A stretch of 64,000 bases of DNA, from NCBI GenBank assembly GCA_951406725.2, contig OX597819.1, positions 38,130,001-38,194,000 of the forward strand, given 5' to 3'. Below, piece after piece: positions 1-12,870 of this stretch; the stretch's first letter is position 1; each line of letters begins with the position of its first letter. Made by a program: the position numbers and the translations under genes. Origin of the DNA: Octopus vulgaris (Eukaryota). The notes under the pieces are model-generated. The model did no database searches. It was not told where the DNA came from and saw only the letters and a program-made list of their open reading frames with translations.

Positions 1-119
1 GATATGCCAATTGAATACCAGCTAGATGTATGTGATTGGTTGGAAATTTGGACAGTACTCACGTGTATGTGTGCACGCATGCAGCTGTATTTGCATGCAC
101 TAGCACTATGACCCGGTGT

Positions 120-638
120 TGCCGGATCATAATGCTCGTGCAGAATATTTTCTCAACTCTCTAATGGGATATGCTAATAGCATTGGCTGTTTTAATTATT
201 GTCAATCACCTGTCATCTGTCAGCATGTGTTGAACATGATCAATGTTTTCCTTGATGGTGGTAGCTGCAGGACATCCAGACCTTGGGCCATCTTCAACAC
301 TCTCCCTTTCTTTCCTAAATTCAGCTGCTCACTTTTGCACTGTTGATAAAACTGAAGCATTATCCCCAAATAGCAACCATGTCAGCATGAATGTCCTTGG
401 GGGCTAAATCCTTTTTCTGTAGGTTCTTGATCACTCCATGATGCCAAATTTTGTCCAATTTCTAGAGAAGTGGCTATCTGTCCCTTTTGTAATCTTTTTT
501 GAGCAGTCAGATGTCAGTTTACTGAGAACAAAACTATGCAGTTATTAATTAGAAGGGTTGAAATTAATGCATGCAAAATTTCACATCTCTAGCATCATTC
601 CTTCATAATCAGCCTATCAACTTTTCAGCTCACCCTTG
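120..638 (-). mobile_element. mariner transposon 5' part (TIR plus degenerate HTH region of transposase)
   Basis: Minus strand begins TA|CAAGGGTGAGCTGAAAAGTT (mariner-type TIR). Manual translation gives ...KDIHADMVA...TVQK*AAEFRKERESVEDGPRSGCPAATTIKENIDHVQHMLTDDR*LTI..., a mariner N-terminal motif with stops. Confidence 0.8.
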
Positions 639-854
639 TACATTGACTCCTGGGTTCAACTTGTACTTATTTCATTGAACCCCAAAAGAATGAAAGGCAA
701 ATTCAACATTGGTGGCATTCAAATTCAGAGCATAAAGACAGATGAAATACTGCTTAACATTTTGTGCAGTGTGCAATTGATTCTGCACAACTTGCCACCT
801 TAATTTATATTCCTGTAATGCATCCTAGACTATTATAGAAATATGAGCAGGATA

Positions 855-1265
855 AAGCGGTGAACTGGCAGAAACGTTAGCACACCAGGCGAAATGCTTA
901 GCGGTATTTCGTCTGCCGCTACGTTCTGAGTTCAAATTCCGCTGAGGTCGACTTTGCCTTTCATTCTTTCAGGGTCGATTAAGTAAGTACCAGTTACGCA
1001 CTGGAGTCGATATAATCGACTTAATCCTTCTGTCTGTCCTTGTTTGTCTCCTCTGTGTTTAGCCCCTTGTGGGTAGTAAAGAAATAGGTATTTCATCTGC
1101 TGCTACGTTCTGAGTTCAAATTCCGCTGAGGTCCCTTTCATCCTTTCGGAGTTGATTAAATAAGTACCAGTTACGCACTGAGATCAATATAATTGACTTA
1201 ATCCGTTTGTCTGTCCTTGTTTGTCCCCTCTGTGTGTGGCCCCTTGTGGGCAGTAAAGAAATAAG
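855..1265 (+). mobile_element. tRNA-derived SINE family A with tandemly duplicated body
   Basis: Head GCGGTGAACTGGCAGAAACGTTAGCAC, B-box-like GAGTTCAAATTCC, body repeated twice. Flanked by an imperfect TSD agaaatatgagcaggata / agaaacatgagcaagata. Homologous to 47294-47707 and 60436-60805. Confidence 0.85.
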
Positions 1266-3180
1266 AAACATGAGCAAGATATGCAGGAGAACAACTTCCC
1301 TTTAATTTTCAACTCACAGCTAGGGGGAAATTACAACCACTAACTTCCCCTCCATTCCATCTTAAACCTCATGAAATTTAGCACACCCCTAAGTTGCCCA
1401 AAATCCCATTTCCATCACTGGTCCTTGGTTGTGAATGGAATTATACAAAAGTGAGGAGGATGAGAGGCAAAGTCGACTCTGATGACGTTTGAATTTAAAA
1501 GCCAAAGCAACATGACTAAATACCACGAAGTATTTTGCTGGCTGTTCTACCGGTTTTGTCAATCCACTGTCTTGCCTCTAAGAAATATTAAAATGTAAGT
1601 ACATATATAAAATAAAAGGAAAAGGTGAAATAAACAAATAAGTCTAATAAATATTATTGCGATAGAAATATCTTCCTACACCAAGTCGTTTTTATTTGCG
1701 AGGTCATTCAACTTCAAAGCATTGATGAAAAGTCAATTGTCTCTCTTCTCTCTTTTCCACTAACGCTGCCTGATTTATTTATTATTTAATTTTATGATCA
1801 GTCTCTTTTCCTCTGCTAAGCAGATCTCTCTCTCTCTCTCTCCCTCATTCACTATCTGCTTGATTTTAATTCTCTAATAGACCCATTACATATACGTACA
1901 CATCTCACACTGAGAAATAGACACACATACAAACAGTAACACATAGAGAAACACACACACGCGCATACACAACTATACCGATAAGCAAATTCAGAAACAC
2001 ATACACATAAACATCAGCCCACTCATAAATGAAACAATCACACACACATACACACAATAGAGACTACACCAGTACGTGGCCGAAATTTCTTTATAAATTT
2101 GGTTGTTTTGAATATTTAAGCCTGTTTACTGCGAATCTGTTTTGGTAGGGCAGTTTAAAGCTCGTTCTAAAGGTCAATGTATTGTTATCGATACTCATGT
2201 TAGCATATGAGATTTGTGTAAAATGAAACTATTGCTTGTAATCTGGTTTTTTGGGTTTTTTTTTTTGTTTCTTTTAGACCTTCACTTTGTCTTGTATTCT
2301 TTGTTGTTCGCTACTCTTCTTTCAATTTTCTGTCAATGTAACTAGTTTTAATGAAACAGAAGGAACTATCCCTTTTTTGTAATATAAAGACAGCTCGCTA
2401 TATTTAGCTGCCCATTCTTGTAAAAACATCGCCTACGCTAAATACACATTATATAGTTCTTTTCAAGTTTCTTCTTGAAGTGTTATTGTTGCTTCACAAA
2501 ATTCCAGACGTTATTTTAATGAATATCAAAATTATTTTTCACAACTTGAAAATTGTATTCTTTGTGGTTTTTAGAATATTTTTATTTTCTTTATAAGAAA
2601 TAATTAAGTTCTTCAAAACATATTGGTACAAAATTATAGCATTGCTGAATTATATCATTATAATATGCCTTTATCTTGCCTCAGTCATTGAACTGCAGCC
2701 TTGCGAAAGTACAATCTCGATTCAAACAAATCGATACCGACGCCTATTTTTGAGACCGGTAATTATTGTAACAGTCACTTTTGCTCATTCGCTAAGTTAC
2801 GGGAACATTGACAAAGTTTACATTAGTATGATTTGGATCTTTTCGGTTTGAACGGCAGTTTTTAAAAATAATTTCCGCGTAACGAAACACTTTTAAACTT
2901 CGTATACTGGTAGAATGTGTTTATAAAACATCTTGTTCTCTTGGCTTTATTGAGAAAATTCTATAGTTTGTAAGATATTTGTTGTTGTTTTTTTTCTTCT
3001 TCAATTTCTGCAATTTCGACCAATCAATGACGTCTATTGAGGTGAATACATTCTGTGCCGTATGAATATGTCCCTCGTTTAAGAAACAGATTGCGTTTAT
3101 TTACATTTCAGAAGCTAGCATCTGAATGGCACTTTGGGCAAATATCTTCTTTTATGAGTCCTAGGTTGACCAAAGCCTTG

Positions 3181-3219
3181 TGAGTGGATTTGGTTGAAGG
3201 AAACTGAAAGCAGCCTGTC

Positions 3220-3266
<47 letters not shown>

Positions 3267-3368
3267 TGGATTTGGTTGAAGGAAACTGAAAGCAGCCTGT
3301 CGTGTATATATATATATATATATATACACGACAGGCTGCTTTCAGTTTCCTTCAACCAAATCCACTCA
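3181..3368. repeat. three local copies (2 direct, 1 inverted) of a ~38-bp SINE segment around (TA)n tracts
   Basis: gtggatttggttgaaggaaactgaaagcagcctgtcg at 3184 and 3266; its reverse complement lies within 3327-3368. Confidence 0.9.
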
Positions 3369-3409
3369 TAGATAGATAGATAGATAGATATATAATAATA
3401 ATAAATAAA

Positions 3410-3657
3410 GGCGCCTTTTTAAAGCCTAGCCAGGCTCATGAGCCCAGTTTCCCGGTTTTAATGGCGTATGTGTTCCCCAGCTGGACAGGACGCCAGTCCA
3501 TTGCAGCATTACTCATTTTTGCCAGCTGAGCGGACTGGAGCAATGTGAAATGAAGTGTTTTGCTCAAGAACACAACACATCGCCCAGTTCAGAAATCGAT
3601 ACCACAATCTTACGATCATTATGCTGACACCCTAACCACTAAGCTATGTGCCTTCAC
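3410..3657 (-). mobile_element. tRNA-derived SINE (family C variant)
   Basis: Minus-strand head GTGAAGGCACATAGCTTAGTGGTTAGGGTG, then TGTGTTCTTGAGCAAAACACTTCATTTCAC. A related copy at 12720-13405 is split by (TA)n and a fold-back element. Confidence 0.75.
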
Positions 3658-3681
3658 ATATATATATATATAATATATATG

Positions 3682-3714
<33 letters not shown>

Positions 3715-4562
3715 ATTTGTTTGAGTCTCTTTGTCTCAACATTGTTAGTTGTTCATGAGTGTCATCAGGACACAAAGAATGTTCTTTTGTTACCAATCTT
3801 CTATACAAAAACCCCCCCAAAATCCATATCCAGGTATGGAGGAATATCACCTTGCTTGGATACAAGAGAGGGTTGTCGACATGAAAGGCATGCAGCCATA
3901 AAAAATTTGCCATATCAAATTCCGTCTGACCAAAGCAAGCATATAAAAGTGATTGCTAAAATGATGATGATGATGATGGTCACAAATAATTTACAATATT
4001 TTTTATCAATGCATTGTCTTATGTAAAAAATATAAATAATATAAATATATCTATAAAAGATTGTCTTCAATTTCATTCCATAGTTAAAGCATCATATAAA
4101 TATTACCAAAGCAGAATAATATTATAGATTATTATCCATTGAATTAATATCTTTGACAATATATTGATTTCCATTTTTACAAGTTACAAGAGTAAAATTA
4201 TATGAATTATTGGTGCAGGCAATGGCTTTCTGCTAAGAAATTGGTTTCTCATCTACATGGTTCCCAGTTCAGTCTCACTGTATTGCACCTTGGTTGAGTG
4301 TCTTCTACTTCAAAAGCTTGTCATATATATATATCTATGTATGGATGTATGGATAGATGTATATTTGGATGGATGGATAGATGTATGTCATTATTCATTT
4401 TATTTCAAGATTTCTTTCCAATAGAGAAAAAAAAACCGTTTCTAACCTAGATCCAAGGTTCTTTCTTTGGAATTTCAACATCAACAATGAGGTATGTATG
4501 TATGTATGTATGTATGTATGTATGTATGTATGTATGTATGTATGTATGTATGTTTGTATGTA

Positions 4563-4837
4563 TGGTGGTGTAACACACCATACTAATCATATCTGTCGGG
4601 CATGTGGAAGAGAGTGTAATTTGGCAGGAGGACCTAAACGACATGCAAAGGTACATGAAGCCCAGTTACAACTACCGCTGGCTATTACCGGTAAAGGTAT
4701 TAGTTGCCAATTCTTTACAAGACATTGTAGATCTTTAGCTGGGCTAAAAAGTCACATTCAATCACAGCACCAGTAACAGTTAAGCTTCGTGCAATGGCCA
4801 TACTTGATAATGCGGGGGCAGCCATCATCATCATCAT
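4563..4837 (+). mobile_element. RTE-like LINE 3' end with C2H2-like zinc-finger remnants and (CAT)n tail
   Basis: HICRACGREC...KRHAKVH and SCQFFTRHCRSLAGLKSHIQSQH, followed by a short UTR and catcatcatcat. Confidence 0.6.
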
Positions 4838-4945
4838 GTTTGTATGTATGTATGTATGTATGCATGTATGTATGTATGTATGCATGCATGTGTGTGTGTG
4901 TGTATGTATGTATGTGTGTGTGTGTGTCTACATACACACACACGA

Positions 4946-5190
4946 TTAAATAAATGACAAGGAAATAGGAAATTATGGAATGAATTTCATTGGCTTACAG
5001 CTGATTCTGCTATAAGATTCAGTGCAATCAGGGCTGAATGCTTGTGCATCACCTTACACCATCCTTTGAGCTTGAGGAAACTATAAAGTGATGCACACTC
5101 AGCTCTGAGATCACTGCATCTAATAGCAGAAACAACAGTAAGCTGATAAAATTCATTACATAATTTCCTACTCCCTTGTCATTTATTTAA
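4946..5190. mobile_element. fold-back (palindromic) non-coding element with degenerate HHR 3' half
   Basis: Arms ttaaataaatgacaaggaaataggaaattatg... / ...cataatttcctactcccttgtcatttatttaa. Remnants GAATCAGCTGTA (-) and GAAACAACAGTA (+). Confidence 0.8.
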
Positions 5191-5286
5191 CTACACACAC
5201 ATACACAAACATGCATACACACATAAATATTCTTTTAAAAAACTTTTCTTTTAATTTTTTCAAAATTTAATTGTTTTCCATAATTA

Positions 5287-5322
5287 CAGTTGAAAAAGCC
5301 TCAATGACTGAAACCAGTACTG
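5287..5322 (+). ncRNA. minimal hammerhead-like motif, U3-A8 core variant (solo arm 5226-5376 of the 12871-13206 family)
   Basis: cag TTGAAAA agcc tcaat gact GAAAC ca GTA ctg; one stem II mismatch. Confidence 0.55.
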
Positions 5323-5424
5323 AAATGTTTTTATAAAATTATTTTAGCATTTTCCACCTTGACTTTTTTTTTCCATATATGTATGTATATATATGCGAGA
5401 AAGAAGCAACAAGAATGGATAGGT

Positions 5425-5515
5425 TTTTAGTACAATCGTTTCATACAAGGACAGGCTTTATTAAAAGTTGCAAAAATTACAGCATATAAACGTGTCCCGT
5501 ACTCATCAGCTAAAA
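5425..5515 (-). ncRNA. type-I minimal hammerhead ribozyme
   Basis: Minus strand: ttttag CTGATGA gtacgggaca...tgtccttgtat GAAAC gatt GTA ctaaaa. 6-bp stem I, extended stem II, GUA triplet. Confidence 0.8.
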
Positions 5516-5594
5516 TACATGTGAGTTCTCTAGACATATATATATATATATGCATCAAATGAAATAAAATGAAAAACAGGACACAAAGGATGTC

Positions 5595-5687
5595 GCGGTA
5601 CACATGTTTCGAGCTTTATAAAACAACTTGTTCTTACATCAATGCATAATCGACATAACAGATAGTTTAAAAGCCTTCTTCAGCCGC
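5595..5687 (-). ncRNA. type-I minimal hammerhead ribozyme
   Basis: Minus strand: gcgg CTGAAGA aggcttttaaa...tttataaagctc GAAAC atgt GTA ccgc. Confidence 0.75.
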
Positions 5688-7540
5688 ATGCGATTGCTAC
5701 ACCAAAGACTTGTATCACATTATGAAAGGTTTGAGAAAGAACATTTGGTATTATTTATAATGGTAGGTAAACCGAGTATCACTGGGAAAGTATGTTTGTA
5801 AATCTTCATAATCAAATAGGCATACAGGGTATTATTGGACTCCAAAAATGCGTCCATACCGTTTTCTCACTCAATATATATATATATATGATATATATAT
5901 ATATATCATCATCTTCATCATAACAATCATTTAATGTCTGCTTTCCATGCTGGCATGAGTTAGACAGTTTGACAGGAGCTGGCAGGGTAGAAGACTGCAG
6001 TATGTTTCACTGCCTGTTTTAGCATGGTTTTTACAGAGTAGACTGAGTACTTTTTACGTGGCACCAGCACAAGCGAGGTCAGTTTTGGCATATGTGTGTA
6101 TGTGTGTGTGCGTGTGCATGTTTGTGTTTGTGTTTGTCATCTCCCTCCATCACTGCTTGACAACTGGTATTGGTTTGTTTACGTCCCTGTGACTTAGTGG
6201 TTTGGCAAAATAGACCAATAGAATAAGTGCCCGTCTTAGAAATAAGTGCTAGGGTCAATTTGTTTGCTCAACCCCTAGAAGGGGATGTCTCAGTGAATCT
6301 ACATTTCAATGACTGAAACAACAAAAACACACAAAAAAAGTAAACAAATAAAATGTAAAAACCAACTGAAATGAACCCAGTGAATTACTAATGCATATTT
6401 TACCAAGAAGAATGAAAAACAGAAGCAATACCACATTTGAACTTAAAATAATTAAATAAAATACTGCATTACATTTTTTTTTCCTTAATTTGATGTTTCA
6501 CTGTTTCTACTAACTCATTGCCTTAACCATGACAATGTATTCAAAATTAAATTATCAATTGGTTTCTTAAAAATATTTTGATTTACAAATCTTCCATTGA
6601 TTACACAAATTTTTTTTTTTCATAGTTACAGTTGTACAGAGTGAACCGAACTGTCAAAGAATATTATATAAGACTTTATCTCTTGTTTAAACATCTGCCT
6701 GTGAGGAATCTTTATTGATTATTGATAATTCAAGACATTGATTAAGGATTTTTTCTTTCTTTTTTTGCATTCTTATCTCTTTCCATTTTGGTGTTTCCTT
6801 TGAGGCAGTCTAGACATATTGAACATTGTTGCTAAAAGAAACATGGAATTCTTTGAAAGAAGGAGGAAAAAATTCCTACACCTGGAATGTTGCAGGAAAT
6901 CTTATTAAAAGATCATAAGAAATTCTAGAAGAAAATATTAATCTTTATATATTTATCTTTTTTGTTTTCACTTGTTTACTCTACATTTATATTTTTCTTT
7001 TTATATACACTTTTAATTTAATTTTTTATTATTATTTCATATTCTCATAAATTAATCCATCCATTGAAAATTAAATTAAAAAAATATGGCTTCAATACGT
7101 TCAAGGAAATTAACACAACACATGTTTTATTTTCTTGATTTTTAGCTCTGATTTTATCAAAACATTTTTATATACATATTCTTGATATGATAACTATTTA
7201 CAATGACTATATGAGTAAAATAACCATTTACCGATACAAACATCAAAACAATGATACCATCATCATCATTATCATCATCATCATTATTGTCATCATCATC
7301 ATTATTGTCCTCATCATCGTCATCATCATCATCACGATCATCAATTTCCAAGCAAGGTTAATATTTACCATAGCCAGACATGTTTTCTATGGAAGACTTG
7401 AAACAAACAGCATCACTTGTATGACAGGGATGCTCATTTACAACCATCACATGATCTCAGGACAAGAGTACACATTCACACATATGTACATACATTTATA
7501 CATGTATTACACACACACACACACACACACATACATATTT

Positions 7541-7935
7541 CATCATCATCATCATCATCATCATCATTTAGTGTCTATATTCCATGCTGGCATGGTTTAG
7601 ACAGTTTGACTGAAACTGGTAAGCCAGACAGCTGCAGCAGGTTCCAGTCTGGTTTGTCATACTGTCTATGCCTGGATGCCCTTCCTAACACCAACCACTT
7701 CAAGAGTGTAATGGGTGCTTTTTACGTGCCACTGGCATGGGTGCCAGTTACATGATACCAGCATCGGCCACAACTATGATTTCACTCAGCTTGATGGGTC
7801 TTCTCAAGCGCTGCACACCGCCAAAGATCTTGGTCATTTATCATTGCGTCCATGAGGCCCAGTGTTAAAAGGGTGCTTTTTGCATGTCACCGGCATGGGT
7901 GCCTGTTGTATGACACCAGCATTGGCCATGGCTAC
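7541..7935 (-). mobile_element. SINE / LINE-tail family E ending in (GAT)n
   Basis: Shared block ttccatgctggcatgg...ggatgcccttcctaacaccaaccac...gggtgctttttacgtgccac. Other copies at about 5905, 18090(+), 19360(+), 33686, 41657 and 56725. Confidence 0.7.
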
Positions 7936-8499
7936 GATTTATATATACATATAAATATATTTATATCCCCTCTGCCCTTCTCTCTTTCTCTCTCTTCCAC
8001 TGACATATTGAACATTGTTGCTGCAAGACATATGTTTCTGTCCCTCTAATCGTATTTTAAAGCCACCTCCCTTGATACTACTCCCACCTCAGTTTAAGAG
8101 TCTTGTCTTGTAAGTTACATGGTGACCTCATTGCCACTGGTGCCACATAAAAAGCACCCAGTACACTCTGTAAAGTGGTTGGCATTAGGAAAGGAATCCA
8201 CTTTTGGAAACTGTGCCGAAGCAGACAGTAGAGCTTGGCACAGTATTCTGACCTGTCCACTCTTGTCAAGTAATCAATGATGATGGTGGTGGTGGTGGTG
8301 ATAATAACAATGGCAATGATGACAATGACAATGATGATGATATACAACAGGCTTCTTTTATTTTCCAACTGTCCAAGGTGCCACATGGTGGAACTGAATC
8401 CAAAACTACATGGTTCAGAGGCAAATTTCTTAACCGTGCAACTATGTTTGTTCCTACCATCTGTGTAATAATTTCTTTGTAGAAGAACAGAGATGTAGT

Positions 8500-9260
8500 A
8501 AGTCAACATAACCAAATTTTTATTTGAATGGTGTTCCCAGTTTAAACTGTGGGAACACAACAGGTGTAGCAAATTCCCAGTCAGGCTGACATAGAAATAA
8601 AAACTTCATTTGCAGCAGTTTCACAGTGATATAGCAGTACAGGCATCCGTTGAAATAAATTCTTTCAAATATTTGGAAGGGTCATGATAAATTACCAATG
8701 GTTTCTGTTATTTAGGTGACATAATCAGTGGTGGAGGTGGTGTTTAATAATTTATTACATAAAGAGCAAGAATGGATTGGAAAATATTCAAGGAGCTATT
8801 ACTTCTGCTTGCAACAAAAGGATTCTATCTCTAAGTAAAGAACAGATTGTATGGTTCTTGTGCATGAAGTGAAGTGTTACATGGCAATGAAATATGGGCA
8901 CTGAATGCAGGGTTGGTGGGAATGCTGAAGAGAAATGAAGTTTGCATGTTTCACTGGAAGAAAGATGGCAGTATTTATGAATGATGGAGTGCAAATGAGA
9001 AAAATTCTGGAAGAGGAATGAGATATATTACGCATTAGAGAAGATTGCACTGGTTTGGACATGTGATGTGTATAGAGGATTACACTTGAATGCCAAGAGA
9101 TCCAAGTGCATGGAATTGGTGGAAGAAGTAGAATGAGGAAGAGAGAAGTGGTGAAGACTAATTTCAAGATGCCGAACACAAGAAAAGACAAAATACTGCA
9201 ACAAGAGGCATGGTGCTGTGCTGGAGAAAATCCGTCCAACCACTGCCAACTTGTAAATAT
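8500..9260 (+). mobile_element. degenerate RTE-clade LINE, C-terminal ORF fragment
   Basis: Manual translation: WCSQFKLWEHNRCS (Cys-rich insertion), FCYLGDIISGGGG, LHGNEIWAL, LHWFGHVM, with frameshifts and stops. Confidence 0.8.
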
Positions 9261-9507
9261 GGATGAAAACAAATTATTGATTATTTAATGTTAGGAGAAT
9301 AACTATACCTTGTGGTATTGGTTGTGGCCCTTTACATTTCTGTAGTCAAAACAAGCTGAAGCCATCTTTGCCTTTCATCTTTCCAGTCATGTACTAGGAT
9401 CAATATGTCTCTTCTCTACCCCACTCTCTTTTACTCTCTGTCTCTCATTTTGCCTCTCAATCTCTGTCTCTGTTTGTCTCTATCTCTCTCTTTCTGTCTG
9501 TCTCTGC

Positions 9508-9558
<51 letters not shown>

Positions 9559-9585
9559 TCTCTCAGAATCTGGTGTACTGCACAT

Positions 9586-9993
9586 TTGTCTTATGAAGAA
9601 AGGCTGAAGACGCTCGACCTTTATTCTCTAGAAAAACGCCGCCGCCGTGGTGATCTTACTCTTGCTCACAACATCATAAGCAGAAAGTGTAACCTCTCGA
9701 AAGAGCTGTTCTTCACTCCTGCTCCAGAACATCGGCTGCGGGGTCACTCCGAAAAGCTCTATCTCAATTGAAGGAGAAGGGCTTTCTCCATCCGGGTTGT
9801 GGATCCATGGAATAATCTGCCGGACGAGATAGTGAAGATGCCGACGACCGCTCAGTTCAAAGTCTCCCTTGACCACAAATGGTCTGAACTCTTTGTATGA
9901 ACACCACCCTGTACATAACTCCATGTCCCCTTACATGGCCTTGTTTTTTGCTTTTTGAGCCAAAAAATTAACTTAACTTAACTTAACTTAACT
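9586..9993 (+). mobile_element. CR1-type LINE 3' end
   Basis: SYEERLKTLDLYSLEKRRRRGDL...LRGHSEKL...FSIRVVDPWNNLPDEIV...FKVSLD, ending in an (AACTT)n tail. Confidence 0.9.
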
Positions 9994-10299
9994 ATGAGAA
10001 AGATGTAGAGAACTCAAATTATCCTTTCTTCAAGACCATTCACTTTCATTCTCAGAAAGTTGAAGAATATGACTACTAAAGCTCAGGTAGATTAAGACAC
10101 ATGATGCTGTTGCATGTCATAAATTGATGTTTTATGTTTAGGCACCAGACCATTTTTTGTTGCAAGACAAATAAACCCTATTGAGTCAACTTCAGAAATC
10201 AAAAGAACTCTTCTCCCGACTCGAAAGAATTTTTTGAACTTAGAATGTAAATCACTATAAGCACTACTTAAAGAATTTAGTCCACATCTGCTGGAGGTG

Positions 10300-11000
10300 A
10301 CAGAATTCGGAGAATGATTGCATTATGGGTAATTTGTCAAGATTTAAACCAGTAATATGTAACCTTTTTTCAGGAAGTGACTCACCACCAAGTAAAATTC
10401 ACTTTCAATTGTATTATGGAACATAGTAAGATTATAGGCCACCACACTTTGTGGGCCATCAAAACTTTCATATAGAGCACTTGTGGTCTTCTTGAACCTG
10501 GAGCTGGTGCCACAGTATTCAAATCCCCATGCTAGATCTGCATTGAAAGCTCCCTTCTTATAATTACAGCTAAGAAAAATAACTTATGATATACAGTGTA
10601 TGATATTGTATTTATAGTTCAGCTGGGTATGATTCAATTTTCTGTTATTGCTAAAACATTGTTTAAACAACCACAGCAATTCTTCATTGACAAATATGTA
10701 TTTTAATGCTAAGTTTAAAAGAGTATTTACCACATTTTTTTTCTTTTTCTGGTGCCTCCAAAGTCTAGTCTCCAAGATGTCTAATGCATAGTTTCAGCAA
10801 GACAAGAAATAGCCTAGAGAATCAATATCAGTGACACACACCTTGTTGTATATCTCTAGTCTAAATCCATGGGTTGAGTGAACAAACAACATTCTCATTG
10901 ATTTTAATTGATGAGAAATTTGTTTGTAGTGAACTTTTTCCTTCTGTGGTACATAATTGCAACACAAACAAATGAGACAACTCCAGCATATTTCCTTGGC
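10300..11000 (-). mobile_element. possible very old LINE RT fragment
   Basis: Minus strand SSIKINENVVCS...TRDIQQGVC...RLFLVLL resembles the RT GxxQG-LF motif; heavily degraded. Confidence 0.3.
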
Positions 11001-11145
11001 ATGATAAAAAAAAGCAAATATTCCTTAAATCATATACTACTATCTTCAAAAAGGAAGGACACATTAGATCATTTAGAAGGTGGGAGGATCGTGCCAGAAA
11101 TGCCTTTTATAACTGTGCCCAATCATGATCCACTTAGGGTTAAAT

Positions 11146-11361
11146 CAGGGGTGGGCAAACTTTTTTGATCGCGGGCCGCACAGTGCGTCTTTGGAATCTT
11201 GGCGGGCCTCATTTATAAAAATCAAGTGAAAATATTGTGAATTACCGTACAGTTACGAAGTATCTGCATAGAAGTTGGGATTCATAAAAGCTCTCGGCGG
11301 GCCGCATGAAAACCTATGGCGGGCCACATGCGGCCTGCGGGCTGTAGTTTGCCCACCCCTG
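11146..11361. mobile_element. hAT-superfamily MITE (216 bp)
   Basis: TIRs CAGGGGTGGGCAAAC / GTTTGCCCACCCCTG, perfect 8-bp TSD GGTTAAAT on both sides, subterminal GCGGGCC repeats. Confidence 0.95.
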
Positions 11362-11399
11362 GGTTAAATAATAACAATATTCTTACAGCCAGATAAACT

Positions 11400-11710
11400 G
11401 TAAAAGACCCCCTTTGGTCATGAATGACCATGGGATTGCACCTAGAAAGTTACCCTCCAAGGCACAAGTCCAGGCAAGGTTGTTTATGGAGGACCAGCAG
11501 TTACTCATGCATATCAGCCCCCACTTCCCGTACCACCAATGTTATCCAAGGGAAAGGCAGAGACTGATACAGCTTGGTACCAGTAATGTCACACCTCATT
11601 TCTACAGCTGAGTGAACAGGAATAATGTGAAATAAAGTGTCTTGCTCAAGAAAACAACACAGCCTGATCTGGGAATCGAACTCACTACCTCATGACTGTA
11701 AGCCTGACAC
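11400..11710 (-). mobile_element. tRNA-derived SINE family C
   Basis: Reverse-complement homolog of 51305-51633. Confidence 0.8.
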
Positions 11711-12775
11711 TGGCCATAAACTACCAGTCTTATTGATACGACCATCTCTGGTTGATGTTACACTTATGAGCTTTCATCATTTAAAAATATACTATGTAGT
11801 TTATCTTTTATTTTTTTACTGGTTTCAGCTGTTGGACTGTAATCATTCTGGAGCACTGCCTTGGAGGGTTTTATTGTTTTTAAGTCAGGTACTTAATCCA
11901 TCTCTTTTGCCGAGCTGCTAAGTCACAAGGACATAAACAAATCAACATAAGTGATGGCCAGTGAGTGGAGGATGAGGAATGGGAAAACACAGTCACAAAG
12001 ACACACATGTACATGCACATACACACACAAACAATGAACAAGCTTCAACACAGTTTTTATCTACCAAATTCATTCACAAGGTATTATTTGGCCCAGGGCT
12101 ATAATAGAAGACACTTGGCCAAGATACTGCACAGTGGGACTGAACCTGAAACCACATGATTGAAAAGCGAGCTTCTTAGCCACAAAGCCATGCCTTACGC
12201 CTAGTTAATTATTTTTTTCAGGCATTATGTCAGGCTACAGTGGCTTTAAACAAAATTAAATACTGTTTAGAAAAAATAAAATACAAAGATTACAATAATG
12301 GCAAAAATTTGTTTTTTAAGAGCAATAGTAATTTCAGCCACATTTTATGATCGTGAATAATGGACAACGGATGATGAAGATGAGAACAAGATCAAGGCTT
12401 TTTATATTAAATGCTATAGAAATATCCTTTGTAATCCATATACAGAACATTGAACTAATGAGAGTGTTAGGAAAGGAAATTGTTTGGAAGAATGTGAACC
12501 ATGAAATTCTTCAGTCAGTTGTTAAAAAGTGGAGAGTGAAGTGGTTTGATCATGTAATACAATATCATGACACCCTAGAAACCTCAAGAGGTTATATGAA
12601 ATTTTTTTTAAATAAGATAAATTCACATGATGAAGACAGGTGAACTCTAATATTTCAAGCAACACCAATCATTTTTTTTTATAAAAAAAAAAATTAAGAA
12701 GTTGTTACTAATATAAAGGATAAAGCTCTTCCCCAAGTCATATAGACTCATGAGGCTGGTTTCCTGGCTTGTCTG

Positions 12776-12841
<66 letters not shown>

Positions 12842-12870
12842 ATGAAAAGGAACACACGAGTTGTTATATA

